From assembly GCA_963792705.1 (NCBI GenBank), contig CAWBXD010000010.1:2224-66223 (forward strand): a stretch of DNA of 64,000 nt, written 5' to 3'. Below the pieces are notes generated by a model. The model saw only the letters and a program-made list of their open reading frames with translations, was not told the DNA's origin and did not search any database. A program made the translations under genes and the position numbers. Positions 55,383-64,000 of the stretch are shown here, piece after piece. Every line of letters begins with the position of its first letter. Positions within the stretch are counted from its first letter, which is position 1. The DNA is from an uncultured Chloroflexia bacterium (GTDB lineage: Bacteria > Chloroflexota > Ktedonobacteria > Ktedonobacterales > Ktedonobacteraceae).

Positions 55383-56414
55383 TTATATGCTTACGTCCGT
55401 ATCCAACTCACCAGTACCATTTTGCGAAAGGAAGCCAATAGTAAGGCTCTTCATGCCTTTAGGTGCCGAAAAGACGACAGAACCGCTTACACCTTTGGCA
55501 CCAGCTTTAAAGGTGTAGGGCAAGCTGTTGTCGATTGGTGGACGCTCATTTCCAGTCGATACAAGGCGAATATAATCAAAGCCATAGCCAGGGGAGATAT
55601 CACCACTTTCGGCATTATCAACTTTGAAGTTGAGAAGATAAAATTGTTGTCCTGCCTTACACTGCACCCCCTGATAGGCAAAGCGTGTTTCGATGCTCGT
55701 AAGCTGATAGGTTAAGGTATGACCATAAAAGTTGTATGTGATTGTCGTTGTTTGCGGCAAGGTATGACTGGCGTATTGCGCTGGATTAAAGGCACCAGCA
55801 AGAGGTATCTTGACCAGTGTTTCATTAAGGATTGTTGAGCCGAGTTGCAATGATAAAGCAGGGAGATGCACACTCTTATTTGGTAGAGAAAAGTCCAGCC
55901 AGCCATTTTCACTCATTCCAGGTTTGGGGCCGACCGAAAGACTAGTATTTGTAGGGATGAGAGAAGGTATGTTTGGACCTATCAAACGAGCAATATCGTA
56001 GTAGACAAGATTACTTTGAGTAGTGCTATGATTTGCAATGTGCATGTTGAGGCGCACGGTCGTCTGGCCTTGATGAATATCGTCATTGGGAAAATATACT
56101 GCATACTGTGCGTTGACAACCGTCATATCTATATCGTCATACAAAGCAGTACGTTGCACGTTCAGGGTGTTCACAGGAATAGCTGTTGGTGTTTGCACGC
56201 CAACGCCTGGAATGTGTACGTCTTTGAGCCAGTTTGCCGCATTCAAGCTTACCACACTAACAATAATAATGCCGATAACCAATAGAAGTATAGTCCAGAA
56301 CCAGAGTTTAGAAAACAAAGAGCGTTCTTGTGCTTCTGGCTTCTTGGCTAATTCAGGACGTGGTACAGCACTGATACGTGGAAGTGACGCCGTTGTAACT
56401 TTTTTCTTATCCAT
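55383..56414 (-). CDS. membrane-anchored extracytoplasmic protein, unknown function
   Basis: Single TM LWFWTILLLVIGIIIVSVVSL followed by a beta-rich domain of about 280 aa. Start at ATG 56414. Confidence 0.55.
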   Translation of the reverse strand: MDKKKVTTASLPRISAVPRPELAKKPEAQERSLFSKLWFWTILLLVIGIIIVSVVSLNAANWLKDVHIPGVGVQTPTAIPVNTLNVQRTALYDDIDMTVVNAQYAVYFPNDDIHQGQTTVRLNMHIANHSTTQSNLVYYDIARLIGPNIPSLIPTNTSLSVGPKPGMSENGWLDFSLPNKSVHLPALSLQLGSTILNETLVKIPLAGAFNPAQYASHTLPQTTTITYNFYGHTLTYQLTSIETRFAYQGVQCKAGQQFYLLNFKVDNAESGDISPGYGFDYIRLVSTGNERPPIDNSLPYTFKAGAKGVSGSVVFSAPKGMKSLTIGFLSQNGTGELDTDVSI

Positions 56415-56586
56415 ACAAAAAATTCCCTCTACCGAATAATCCCTTGCATTGCCTATTGTACTAAACACATGCAACTATTTTTCTTGACACATAGATGTGT
56501 TGGTGCTAGCATAATTCTAGTTACATCGCTTCTCTCCCCACTTGGTAAGTGGTCAACGCACTACATCACAAGGAGCATACAATTCA

Positions 56587-57771
56587 ATGAAGATTCATGA
56601 GTATCAGGCGAAAGACATTCTGGCCCGTTATGGGATTCCAGTGCAGCCTGGGCGTGTCGCACATACACCCGACGAGGCCGAGGCAATTGCCCGCGAACTT
56701 GGCGGACCTGTTGTCATTAAAGCACAGGTCTATGTTGGTGGACGTGGCAAAGCTGGCGGTATCCAATTTGGCGATACACCAGAGGAAGCCCGTGCCTCAG
56801 CAAAAAAAGTTCTCGGTATGGATATAAAGGGGCTTACCGTCGAAAAAGTTTTGGTGACATCGAAGATTGATATTAAAGAGGAATACTACCTCGGTATCAT
56901 TCTTGATCGCAAGACACAATCCCCCGTCGTGATGGTGTCGAAAGAGGGCGGCATCGACATTGAAGAGGTTGCGGCCAACACACCAGAAAAGATTATTCAG
57001 CAGCCCATCGACATGCACTATGGTCTACGTCCATTCGAGGCACGCGAGATTATTGCTCGTGCAGGTCTTCCTCATTCCACCATTGCCAAAGCTGGCGATA
57101 TCCTCTCGAAGTTGGCAAAAGCCTTTATCGATAGCGATGCTAGCCTTGCCGAGATTAATCCACTTGCACTCACAGCTGATGGCAAAGTTCAGGCCGCAGA
57201 CGCCAAGATACTCATTGATGACAATGGTCTTTTCCGTCAAAAAGAGTACGCGACCTGGGCCGAGACAGAGGAGTCGAACCCACTTGAGTACGAGGCAAAG
57301 CAAGCTGGCTTGACCTACGTCAAACTTGACGGAGATGTGGGTATCATTGGCAACGGCGCGGGTCTGGTTATGACGACACTTGACATGGTGGCGCGTGCTG
57401 GCGGCAAGCCCGCGAACTTCCTGGATATCGGTGGTGGCGCAAAGGCTGAAATCATGTACAAGGCCCTGCTTTTTGTGGCGAGAGACCCACAGGTCAAAGG
57501 CATCCTGGTCAATATCTTTGGCGGCATCACGCGCGGCGAAGAGGTTGCAAAAGGCGTGATTATGGCACAGTCCGACCTGCCTAAAGGCATGCCGATTGTT
57601 GTGCGTCTGTCTGGTACAGGGTCTGAAGAGGGTAAAGCACTGCTCAAAGACGCTGGACTCGAATGGGGTCAAGATATGCGCGAGGCTTCGGAGAAGATTG
57701 TCGCGGCCATTAACAGACACGGCGCGAATACTCAGAATGTCTCAAAAGAGCCAGAGTCACGCATAGAATAA
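56587..57771 (+). CDS. sucC: succinate--CoA ligase beta subunit
   Basis: MKIHEYQAKDILARYGIPV, VVIKAQVYVGGRGKAGG, and GNIGCMVNGAGLAM-like IIGNGAGLVMTTLD. Confidence 0.95.
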   Translation: MKIHEYQAKDILARYGIPVQPGRVAHTPDEAEAIARELGGPVVIKAQVYVGGRGKAGGIQFGDTPEEARASAKKVLGMDIKGLTVEKVLVTSKIDIKEEYYLGIILDRKTQSPVVMVSKEGGIDIEEVAANTPEKIIQQPIDMHYGLRPFEAREIIARAGLPHSTIAKAGDILSKLAKAFIDSDASLAEINPLALTADGKVQAADAKILIDDNGLFRQKEYATWAETEESNPLEYEAKQAGLTYVKLDGDVGIIGNGAGLVMTTLDMVARAGGKPANFLDIGGGAKAEIMYKALLFVARDPQVKGILVNIFGGITRGEEVAKGVIMAQSDLPKGMPIVVRLSGTGSEEGKALLKDAGLEWGQDMREASEKIVAAINRHGANTQNVSKEPESRIE

Positions 57772-57790
57772 TAGAGGAAGTAAGTAAGCG

Positions 57791-58654
57791 ATGAGTATTT
57801 TGTTAGATAGCACAACAAAGGTGATTGTGCAGGGCATCACGGGCCGCGAGGGACTTTACCATACACGAAACATGAAGGCAGCAGGCACGAACATTGTGGG
57901 TGGTGTGACTCCTGGCAAAGGTGGCGAGACCGTCGAGGGTTTTCCCGTCTTCGATACGGTGAGCGAGGCAATTCAGGCAACCGGTGCTACCGCATCATGC
58001 ATTTTTGTTCCCCCTCCAGGGGCGGCAGACGCCATCATGGAGGCGGCAACCGAGGGCATCAGTTTGATCGTGTGCATCACTGAAGGCATCCCTGTGGTCG
58101 ATATGACACGTGCGATGCTGGTTGTGCATGAGCATAACGCGCGTTTAATCGGGCCAAACTGTCCAGGGATGTGTACACCGGGGCAAGGTAAGATCGGGAT
58201 TATCCCCTATCAGATTTTCACTCCTGGTCCGGTTGGCTTCATCTCCCGTTCTGGTACGCTCACTTATGAAGTCGTGTCACTGCTTACGGCTGCTGGTCTC
58301 GGACAATCATCCTGTATCGGCATCGGTGGCGACCCCATTATTGGCTCAACCTTTGTTGATTACCTCAAATTGTTTGAGGCTGACCCTCAGACAAAAGCGG
58401 TGGTGATGTGTGGCGAAATTGGTGGTAGCGACGAAGAGGATGCCGCTGAATATATCAAAACGATGACCAAACCTGTTGTAGCCTTTATCTCTGGTCGTAC
58501 CGCGCCAGCAGGTAAACGAATGGGCCATGCCGGTGCGATTATCTCTGGCAACACGGGAACGGCGCAGGGTAAGGTTAATGCATTACAAGCTGCCCACGTA
58601 CCCGTCGCCGACACCATTTTCGACATTCCCGCACTCGTACAAAAAGTGTTATAA
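57791..58654 (+). CDS. sucD: succinate--CoA ligase alpha subunit
   Basis: [20 protein letters not shown], and the phosphohistidine loop GHAGAIISG. Confidence 0.95.
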   Translation: MSILLDSTTKVIVQGITGREGLYHTRNMKAAGTNIVGGVTPGKGGETVEGFPVFDTVSEAIQATGATASCIFVPPPGAADAIMEAATEGISLIVCITEGIPVVDMTRAMLVVHEHNARLIGPNCPGMCTPGQGKIGIIPYQIFTPGPVGFISRSGTLTYEVVSLLTAAGLGQSSCIGIGGDPIIGSTFVDYLKLFEADPQTKAVVMCGEIGGSDEEDAAEYIKTMTKPVVAFISGRTAPAGKRMGHAGAIISGNTGTAQGKVNALQAAHVPVADTIFDIPALVQKVL

Positions 58655-58655
58655 A

Positions 58656-58698
58656 ACACAAGCGATTGGACATGATAGGCATGTCCAATCGCTTGTGT
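58656..58698. terminator. hairpin after sucD
   Basis: acacaagcgattggacat-gataggc-atgtccaatcgcttgtgt, an 18-bp stem. Confidence 0.65.
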
Positions 58699-58716
58699 GT
58701 ATCCAAAGGAACTATC

Positions 58717-59910
58717 ATGACCACTGCACTCATCTATGACCCTATCTTTTTGGAACATATCAATCCGTCGCACCACCCGGAAAAGCCTCAGCGTGTCCAA
58801 CTAGCATATGAGGCACTTGAAGAACTGGGTTGGCTCACACGTGAAGGGTTGGTCCAACTCGCGCCACGTGCGGCAACTGTAGATGAGTTGGCTGCGGTTC
58901 ATGAGCGCGACTATATTCAAGATGTAGCCGATGCATCGCAGCAGATGGCTGAAGAGGAGGGCAAAGACGGTCATAAAACAGCTTTTTTCGCCACCGATAC
59001 CTACATCTCCGCGAAATCATACGAGGCAGCAACGAAGGCTGCGGGCGCGCCACTTACGGCTATTGATGCGATGATGAAAGGCGATATCAAGAACGCATAT
59101 TGTCTTGTGCGTCCTCCTGGACATCATGCCCTACCGAATGATGCAATGGGCTTCTGCATCTTCAACAACGTAGCGGTTGCTGCTCGCTATGCCATTGACC
59201 ATTATGGCCTTGAGCGTGTCATGATTATTGACTACGATGTACATCATGGCAATGGCACGCAGGACATGTTTTACAGCGACCCCCGTGTGCTCTACTTTTC
59301 TATACATCAAGCTCCCTTTTATCCAGGCACAGGTGCCTCCGACGAGTTAGGCGAGGGCGATGCAGTTGGTACAACAATTAATGTGCCTCTGCCAGCAACA
59401 TGTGGTTTTGATACCTATGAGGCAGTTTTTCGACAGGTGATGGCTCCTGCCGCTGACCGCTTCAATCCTCAACTTATCCTGGTCTCGGCAGGCTATGATG
59501 CTCACTGGAAAGATGCTATTCCTGAAACAAGCCTGGGTACCAAGATGTATCTCTCTACGGCAGGTTTTTTCAGACTCAATGAAATTATTCTCAATCTTGC
59601 GGACTTGCTCTGTGATGGACGGCTGATTATGGTGCAAGAGGGTGGATACAATGTGCAGGCGACTGGTATGTGTGTCGCAACGAGCGTTAATCAGTTGTTG
59701 GGTGGCGATGCTGCGGTTGATAGCTTCGGTCCTCCGCCAGTGGACCCGATGCGTATTAATACCGATGTGTTGGTTGCGGAGTTGCGTCGTATTCATGGAT
59801 TAACAGGGTATCGCATGCGTAATTTCAAGAAGCCAGATGTAGAGCGGTTGCGACGTGAGATGAAGGGACCGGATGCCACGAATACTCCTCCCAACTCACA
59901 GAATGATTGA
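58717..59910 (+). CDS. histone deacetylase-family (class II-like) deacetylase/amidohydrolase
   Basis: [21 protein letters not shown], and SAGYDAH motifs. Start at ATG 58717 (MTTALIYDP). Confidence 0.9.
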   Translation: MTTALIYDPIFLEHINPSHHPEKPQRVQLAYEALEELGWLTREGLVQLAPRAATVDELAAVHERDYIQDVADASQQMAEEEGKDGHKTAFFATDTYISAKSYEAATKAAGAPLTAIDAMMKGDIKNAYCLVRPPGHHALPNDAMGFCIFNNVAVAARYAIDHYGLERVMIIDYDVHHGNGTQDMFYSDPRVLYFSIHQAPFYPGTGASDELGEGDAVGTTINVPLPATCGFDTYEAVFRQVMAPAADRFNPQLILVSAGYDAHWKDAIPETSLGTKMYLSTAGFFRLNEIILNLADLLCDGRLIMVQEGGYNVQATGMCVATSVNQLLGGDAAVDSFGPPPVDPMRINTDVLVAELRRIHGLTGYRMRNFKKPDVERLRREMKGPDATNTPPNSQND

Positions 59911-59927
59911 GAGGATGCGTACTACCT

Positions 59928-60821
59928 ATGCCAGCCACGCACCTGGATACCTATCAGATACGCGTGTTAACCGCGAATGATATTCCTGCTGTCGAACGCC
60001 TACTAAATACTTCCGAGTATATATATCAACGCTTTACGCTAAATGAACTGCCCTTGTTGCTTAAGCACTATCCAGCAGTGGGCATGTTTAATGGTCCAAC
60101 AATGCACAGCTTTTTGCTGGCACAAAGCGTCAATGGACCGACAGCATGGATTGGCGGTTTTGGGGTCAGTTGGACTGAAAGCAGTTACTATCTGGATATC
60201 CTGCTCAAATTGCTGGATATCCTCTCAAAACGCCTCATCGCGCAAGGGGTAAAGCATCTACACTATTCTGGTAATGACACTGAACGTGATTGGCTACGCG
60301 ATATTCTCTTAAAACATGGCTTCCTGCCTCATCGTCGTCTCTACTCTTATGATAAATACGACTACACCATACCCGCGCAAGGCAATCAACAGGTACTTGT
60401 CCGTCAGGTAAATATGAGAGGGAGATGGGGCAAGGCAGGGGATATGGCTGCGTTGTTAACTATTGAGCAAGCATGTTTTGAGGATTTATGGCGCTATGAC
60501 GCCGATGGTTTTACCGATGTTGCTGCCACGCATCCGTATTTTGTAGTGGCAGAGCTACAAGGAAAAGTTGTGGGCTATCAATTCAACGCACTCGATAGCG
60601 ACTATGGCTATCTTGTGCGTATCGCCGTTCATCCTTCGGCAGAAGGCAAACAAATAGGGATACGCCTGATGGCCGAGGCGATACGCTTTTTTCAGAGTGA
60701 GCGTGTGACCCGTATCATGCTCAACTCGCAAGACAACAACACGCACGCCCACCGCCTCTACGAGTGGTTCGGTTTCGTGCGTATCGATCAAATGGGGTTT
60801 GTGTTGAGGAAGGTGTTGTAA
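59928..60821 (+). CDS. GNAT-family N-acetyltransferase, two-domain
   Basis: The C-terminal lobe LVRIAVHPSAEGKQIGIRLMAEAI is the acetyl-CoA motif. The ORF frame begins 4 nt inside the upstream stop region. Confidence 0.75.
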   Translation: MPATHLDTYQIRVLTANDIPAVERLLNTSEYIYQRFTLNELPLLLKHYPAVGMFNGPTMHSFLLAQSVNGPTAWIGGFGVSWTESSYYLDILLKLLDILSKRLIAQGVKHLHYSGNDTERDWLRDILLKHGFLPHRRLYSYDKYDYTIPAQGNQQVLVRQVNMRGRWGKAGDMAALLTIEQACFEDLWRYDADGFTDVAATHPYFVVAELQGKVVGYQFNALDSDYGYLVRIAVHPSAEGKQIGIRLMAEAIRFFQSERVTRIMLNSQDNNTHAHRLYEWFGFVRIDQMGFVLRKVL

Positions 60822-60822
60822 T

Positions 60823-60864
60823 GGTAAGCCACCACATCTACTAAAGTAGACGTGGTGGCTTACC
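60823..60864. terminator. hairpin between convergent genes, overlapping the last codons of the minus-strand gene
   Basis: ggtaagccaccacatctac-taaa-gtagacgtggtggcttacc, a 19-bp stem with one mismatch. Confidence 0.65.
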
Positions 60865-61473
60865 TCGTTCAATCAAGTATTGATCGAACTCATCCAACGT
60901 GCGTACTCCATGCTGTAGGACAGCATCATAGATATCAATACTGGAAACTTCTTGTCTATAAGAAGGCTGCTTCCACCATACGTCCTTGATATGTAGAATA
61001 GCAAGACGTGTTTCAGGTGTAAGTTTCTGCTCCACCATAGTATGTATCGGTTCAGGACGAGTACCTTCTGCAAGCCAGAAGGAGATGTCAATTTTCCAGT
61101 CGGTTTCAGCTCCACTATCGTACAGCACCATAAAAAAATAGCGTTCGTCGTGTGGCAGACTCGTAGGATTGAAGGTGCCGCTTTCGTTAAGGTAACGTAC
61201 CTGCTTGACGCGTGGATGTATCAACAAAGATGTTATGGCTTCATAAACACGTTCTATGCTCAATCCTGGACTTGAGACCGATAGGTCAATATCGCGCCAC
61301 GTCATTAATCCTAAGACAGAACTGCCATGTACTCTTACTATTCCTGCACTGCTTAATAAATTAACTAAATGCAGTTCTTTTATGATGGTTTGTGCCTCGT
61401 TTTGGAGCATATTCTGGCGTTGCAATAATTGCTCTGCTTTCGCTACATCTAGCATACTCTGCTCTATAGACAT
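60841..61473 (-). CDS. nucleotidyltransferase-domain protein (pol-beta superfamily)
   Basis: VHGSSVLGLMTWRDIDLSV is a G-S-x(n)-D-x-D motif. AGGAGG lies upstream of ATG 61473. Confidence 0.55.
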   Translation of the reverse strand: MSIEQSMLDVAKAEQLLQRQNMLQNEAQTIIKELHLVNLLSSAGIVRVHGSSVLGLMTWRDIDLSVSSPGLSIERVYEAITSLLIHPRVKQVRYLNESGTFNPTSLPHDERYFFMVLYDSGAETDWKIDISFWLAEGTRPEPIHTMVEQKLTPETRLAILHIKDVWWKQPSYRQEVSSIDIYDAVLQHGVRTLDEFDQYLIERGKPPRLL

Positions 61474-61558
61474 GAGAACTCCTCCTAATACAACCACGGT
61501 ATAACATCGCTCGTAAGTAGTAGTAAATTGTGTCCTGCGAAATGAACAGAGGTAGAAG

Positions 61559-61774
61559 ATGATTCGCTTCAGAAACTTTTGGACTTACAGCGTGGGCCTC
61601 GCTATCGCTTGGGTGATTGCTCTGATACTTATACTATTAATCCGAGGTAGTGAGCAAGCGCAACGCGCTCTGTTAGTCTTTTACGGCTACTGTATTGGCT
61701 GGGTGTCAACAACGATCGCCCGATACGTCTATCCACCACCAAAGCGTTGGGGGTCGAACAGCCATCAGGAGTGA
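61559..61774 (+). CDS. small two-TM membrane protein
   Basis: 71-aa ORF with hydrophobic segments VGLAIAWVIALILILLI and LLVFYGYCIGWV. Confidence 0.45.
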   Translation: MIRFRNFWTYSVGLAIAWVIALILILLIRGSEQAQRALLVFYGYCIGWVSTTIARYVYPPPKRWGSNSHQE

Positions 61775-61847
61775 TATTCTCAATCTATCCTGTACGCTCG
61801 CATCTTGCCGACAACGGGCTTCCAGTAGCTCAAAATGTCCATTAGAC

Positions 61848-63749
61848 TTATACTAAACCCATCAAACACCATACATCCAACGGTGCCGATTTATTCTTTA
61901 CATATAAGGGAGCCATTTGCGCGACACGCACGGCATGGCGCACACGTTGTAAAGTAGAACTATTGATAAGGATGTTGTTGTCCGAAGCGTTTTGTTGGAG
62001 ACGTGCAGCAACGTTGACGGCATCTCCTATCGCGGTGTAGTTCTGCATACGTCCCTGCGAACCGATGTTGCCGATAGTAGCGTTGTCCGTGTTGACTCCA
62101 AAACCGAACGAGATGGGTAAGCCTTGCGCGTGATTGCGCTGATAGTTCAGCACCGCCATACGCATTTTCCAAGCGGCCCGTATTGCGCGCTGAGCATGAT
62201 CCTCTTGCGAAAGTGGAGCATTGAAGATTGCCATAATTGCATCACCCATGAACGCCGTGATAGTCCCTTCTTCGTCCCACACCTCTTTTACCATGATTTC
62301 GAGGTAAATGTTCAACAAGTTCATGACTTGCTCTGGCGCGATACTTTCGCTCAGACGTGTATAGCCACGAATATCGGCAAAAACAACAGAGATATCACGC
62401 GTCTCGCCACCTAAGTTGAGAGCCAACGGGTCTTTGATAAGTTGCTGCACTACATTAGGGTGAACGTACTGCTCAAATATTCTGCGAATCTGCTTTGCTT
62501 TGGCCTCCGAACGTTTTAGCTCGGTGCGGTCATCAATCACAAGAGCGGTACCGATAGGCTCGCCTTGCGTGTCACGTAACGATGATACCGACATGAGCAA
62601 GTAAACCTCGCCCTCACGCTTAGGAATTTCACAGTTAATACTCTGTAGTACAACAGTGCCATTCTCATGATCGGTGACAGATGTTCCCAACAATTCAATG
62701 ATCCTGGTCCCTGGTAAATGCTGAAACGCTTGCTTGTAGTGTTTCCCTACTACAAGCTCTGGATTAAGATTGAGAATTAAGGCTGCGGCACCATTGAACG
62801 TCGTAACCATACCGGATGAATCGGTGGTAATGACGCCGTTAGCGATAGACGCGAAAATATTGTCCATGTATTTTTTGTCTTCGCTTACCTTCTGAATAGC
62901 CTTATTCAGATCAGCGAAGAGACGTGCGTTATCTATCGCAATGGCTGCTTGATTGCAGAACGCGTTTATCATATCGCGGTGTTTGGGTCCAAATAGATTA
63001 GCATTGATACGGCTATCGACATACACGGCACCGATACACACGTCACGCACAATCAAGGGAGCACAAACGACGGAACGGATGCCATAAGCCATTACACTTT
63101 CGTTCCCTTTGAGCACAGCATCCAAAAGAGCATCATCGGAGAGTAATGTTTCGCGGTTGTTAATGACACGCATCACTGTACCGCGACTAATCTTAAATGC
63201 GCTTTCGTCAATCGTTCTCGCTTGCTTATCACGCGCGATGGTAAACTCAACATCACCTGTTTTGGGGTTAGCAAGCATAAGGAAACCGCGCTCGGCATTG
63301 ACGAACTCGATCACACGGTCCATGACAAGACGGAGCACCTCGTCAAACTCAAGTGTCGAGTTGAGGGTGCGAGCAATCTCGTACAGTGTCTCTTGTTCAC
63401 TTTTCTGTTGCTTGAGAGAGGTAATACTGGAATTAAGGGCTTGTCGTTCACGCTCGAATGTTGCTTGCGAGACGGAGTTACCATCGACCTGTCCTTGCAG
63501 TGTTTGCAGAACGCGTTGAATGGTTTGATTGAGACGGCCTAATTCGATGTCGGCAACGCGGCTCACATGTAAGGCTTCGCTGAGCAAGCGAACACGGGGG
63601 TCGCCACCTTCACTTGCGTAGCGTCCTTCGACAGCGACTTCCAGTTTATGTGTATATTCATGTAGGGTACGCGAAACATTTCTTAACGTATCGCCGACCA
63701 CGCGTAAATCATTACTAGCCTTCCATGCTACATCGGGTGATACTGCCAA
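61848..63749 (-). CDS. class III adenylate/guanylate cyclase with N-terminal coiled-coil, GAF and PAS-like domains
   Basis: Cyclase core ISVVFADIRGYTRLSE, GDAIMAIFNAP, and YTAIGDAVNVAARLQ. GAF region LEFDEVLRLVMDRVIEFVNAERGFLMLAN. The only in-frame start is TTG at 63749. Confidence 0.88.
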   Translation of the reverse strand: MAVSPDVAWKASNDLRVVGDTLRNVSRTLHEYTHKLEVAVEGRYASEGGDPRVRLLSEALHVSRVADIELGRLNQTIQRVLQTLQGQVDGNSVSQATFERERQALNSSITSLKQQKSEQETLYEIARTLNSTLEFDEVLRLVMDRVIEFVNAERGFLMLANPKTGDVEFTIARDKQARTIDESAFKISRGTVMRVINNRETLLSDDALLDAVLKGNESVMAYGIRSVVCAPLIVRDVCIGAVYVDSRINANLFGPKHRDMINAFCNQAAIAIDNARLFADLNKAIQKVSEDKKYMDNIFASIANGVITTDSSGMVTTFNGAAALILNLNPELVVGKHYKQAFQHLPGTRIIELLGTSVTDHENGTVVLQSINCEIPKREGEVYLLMSVSSLRDTQGEPIGTALVIDDRTELKRSEAKAKQIRRIFEQYVHPNVVQQLIKDPLALNLGGETRDISVVFADIRGYTRLSESIAPEQVMNLLNIYLEIMVKEVWDEEGTITAFMGDAIMAIFNAPLSQEDHAQRAIRAAWKMRMAVLNYQRNHAQGLPISFGFGVNTDNATIGNIGSQGRMQNYTAIGDAVNVAARLQQNASDNNILINSSTLQRVRHAVRVAQMAPLYVKNKSAPLDVWCLMGLV

Positions 63750-63854
63750 GAGTGCGCCTCCATACTTGTGGGTCTTTCATACATACTGTATATACGCTCA
63801 TGCATCAAGATTATATCACAGCAGGTGTAAAAATAGCGATATAGAGGGAAAAAG

Positions 63855-63883
63855 AACGGGCTATCCTTCATAGATAGCCCGTT
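63855..63883 (-). terminator. intrinsic terminator of the partial gene at the window end
   Basis: aacgggctatc-cttcata-gatagcccgtt; the minus strand then reads CTTTTTCCC. Confidence 0.65.
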
Positions 63884-63900
63884 GTCAGGTAGTTGTCTTA

Positions 63901-64000
63901 TTATACGCCGTTTTGTGCCAAGTAAGTTGTAAATGATGTGGGTGTGAAGCCAAAGTTGCGTTCAACACTGTTCAGATCAGTTGTATTATTAAAGGAAAAA
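63901..64000 (-). CDS. 3' end of an unidentified CDS whose start lies beyond the window
   Basis: The minus-strand frame reads ...FSFNNTTDLNSVERNFGFTPTSFTTYLAQNGV-stop (stop at 63901..63903), followed by a terminator. Too short to classify. Confidence 0.35.
   Translation of the reverse strand, partial: FSFNNTTDLNSVERNFGFTPTSFTTYLAQNGV

Noticed and set aside
57025-57720. A 231-aa minus-strand ORF. Other long antisense ORFs occur at 1506..2090, 4098..4643, 17529..17960, 26690..27250, 45885..46340 and 53274..53741.
   Set aside because: Each lies entirely antisense to a gene with unmistakable family motifs (sucC, the lipoprotein, ldt, copA, cysS, LLM, pgm). Their compositions are Arg/Ser/Cys-rich shadow-frame artefacts.

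Overview
This window is a gene-dense bacterial chromosomal segment of about 60 CDS, with one tRNA-His and no rRNA, CRISPR array, transposase or integrase. Gene content (many F420/LLM-type oxidoreductases and GNATs, NarL/LuxR regulators, a large LuxR-STAND regulator) suggests a Chloroflexota/Ktedonobacteria-like or actinobacteria-like organism; this is inference only. All calls come from motif recognition in the supplied translations and my own reading of the DNA; no searches were run.

Recognisable core genes:
- sucCD and a 6-phosphofructokinase
- deoB and a phosphomannomutase/phosphoglucomutase
- O-acetylhomoserine sulfhydrylase
- a DEAD-box helicase
- a CopA Cu-ATPase

A metal-homeostasis stretch carries a NiCoT permease with a Fur-like regulator, and an ArsR-type regulator with a His-rich efflux permease.

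Most unusual items:
1. One ORF fuses a complete CysRS to a GT2 glycosyltransferase and a His-rich tail. A ThuA-Gfo/Idh/MocA fusion and an S51 peptidase follow it.
2. A solitary protein resembling Cas11 or the Cas8c C-terminus, with an RHH-like tail, overlaps a phospholipase C/AcpA-type lipoprotein gene. No other cas genes are in the window.
3. An HdeD-type membrane domain is fused to a PPPDE/LRAT-like thiol-hydrolase domain.
4. A family of long palindromic MITE/REP-like elements ending in GTAGGGACC...GGTCCCTAC sits at four intergenic loci, one of them nested.
5. A two-gene cassette is bracketed by inverted copies of a 22-nt hairpin.
6. Long, near-perfect terminator hairpins follow many genes.
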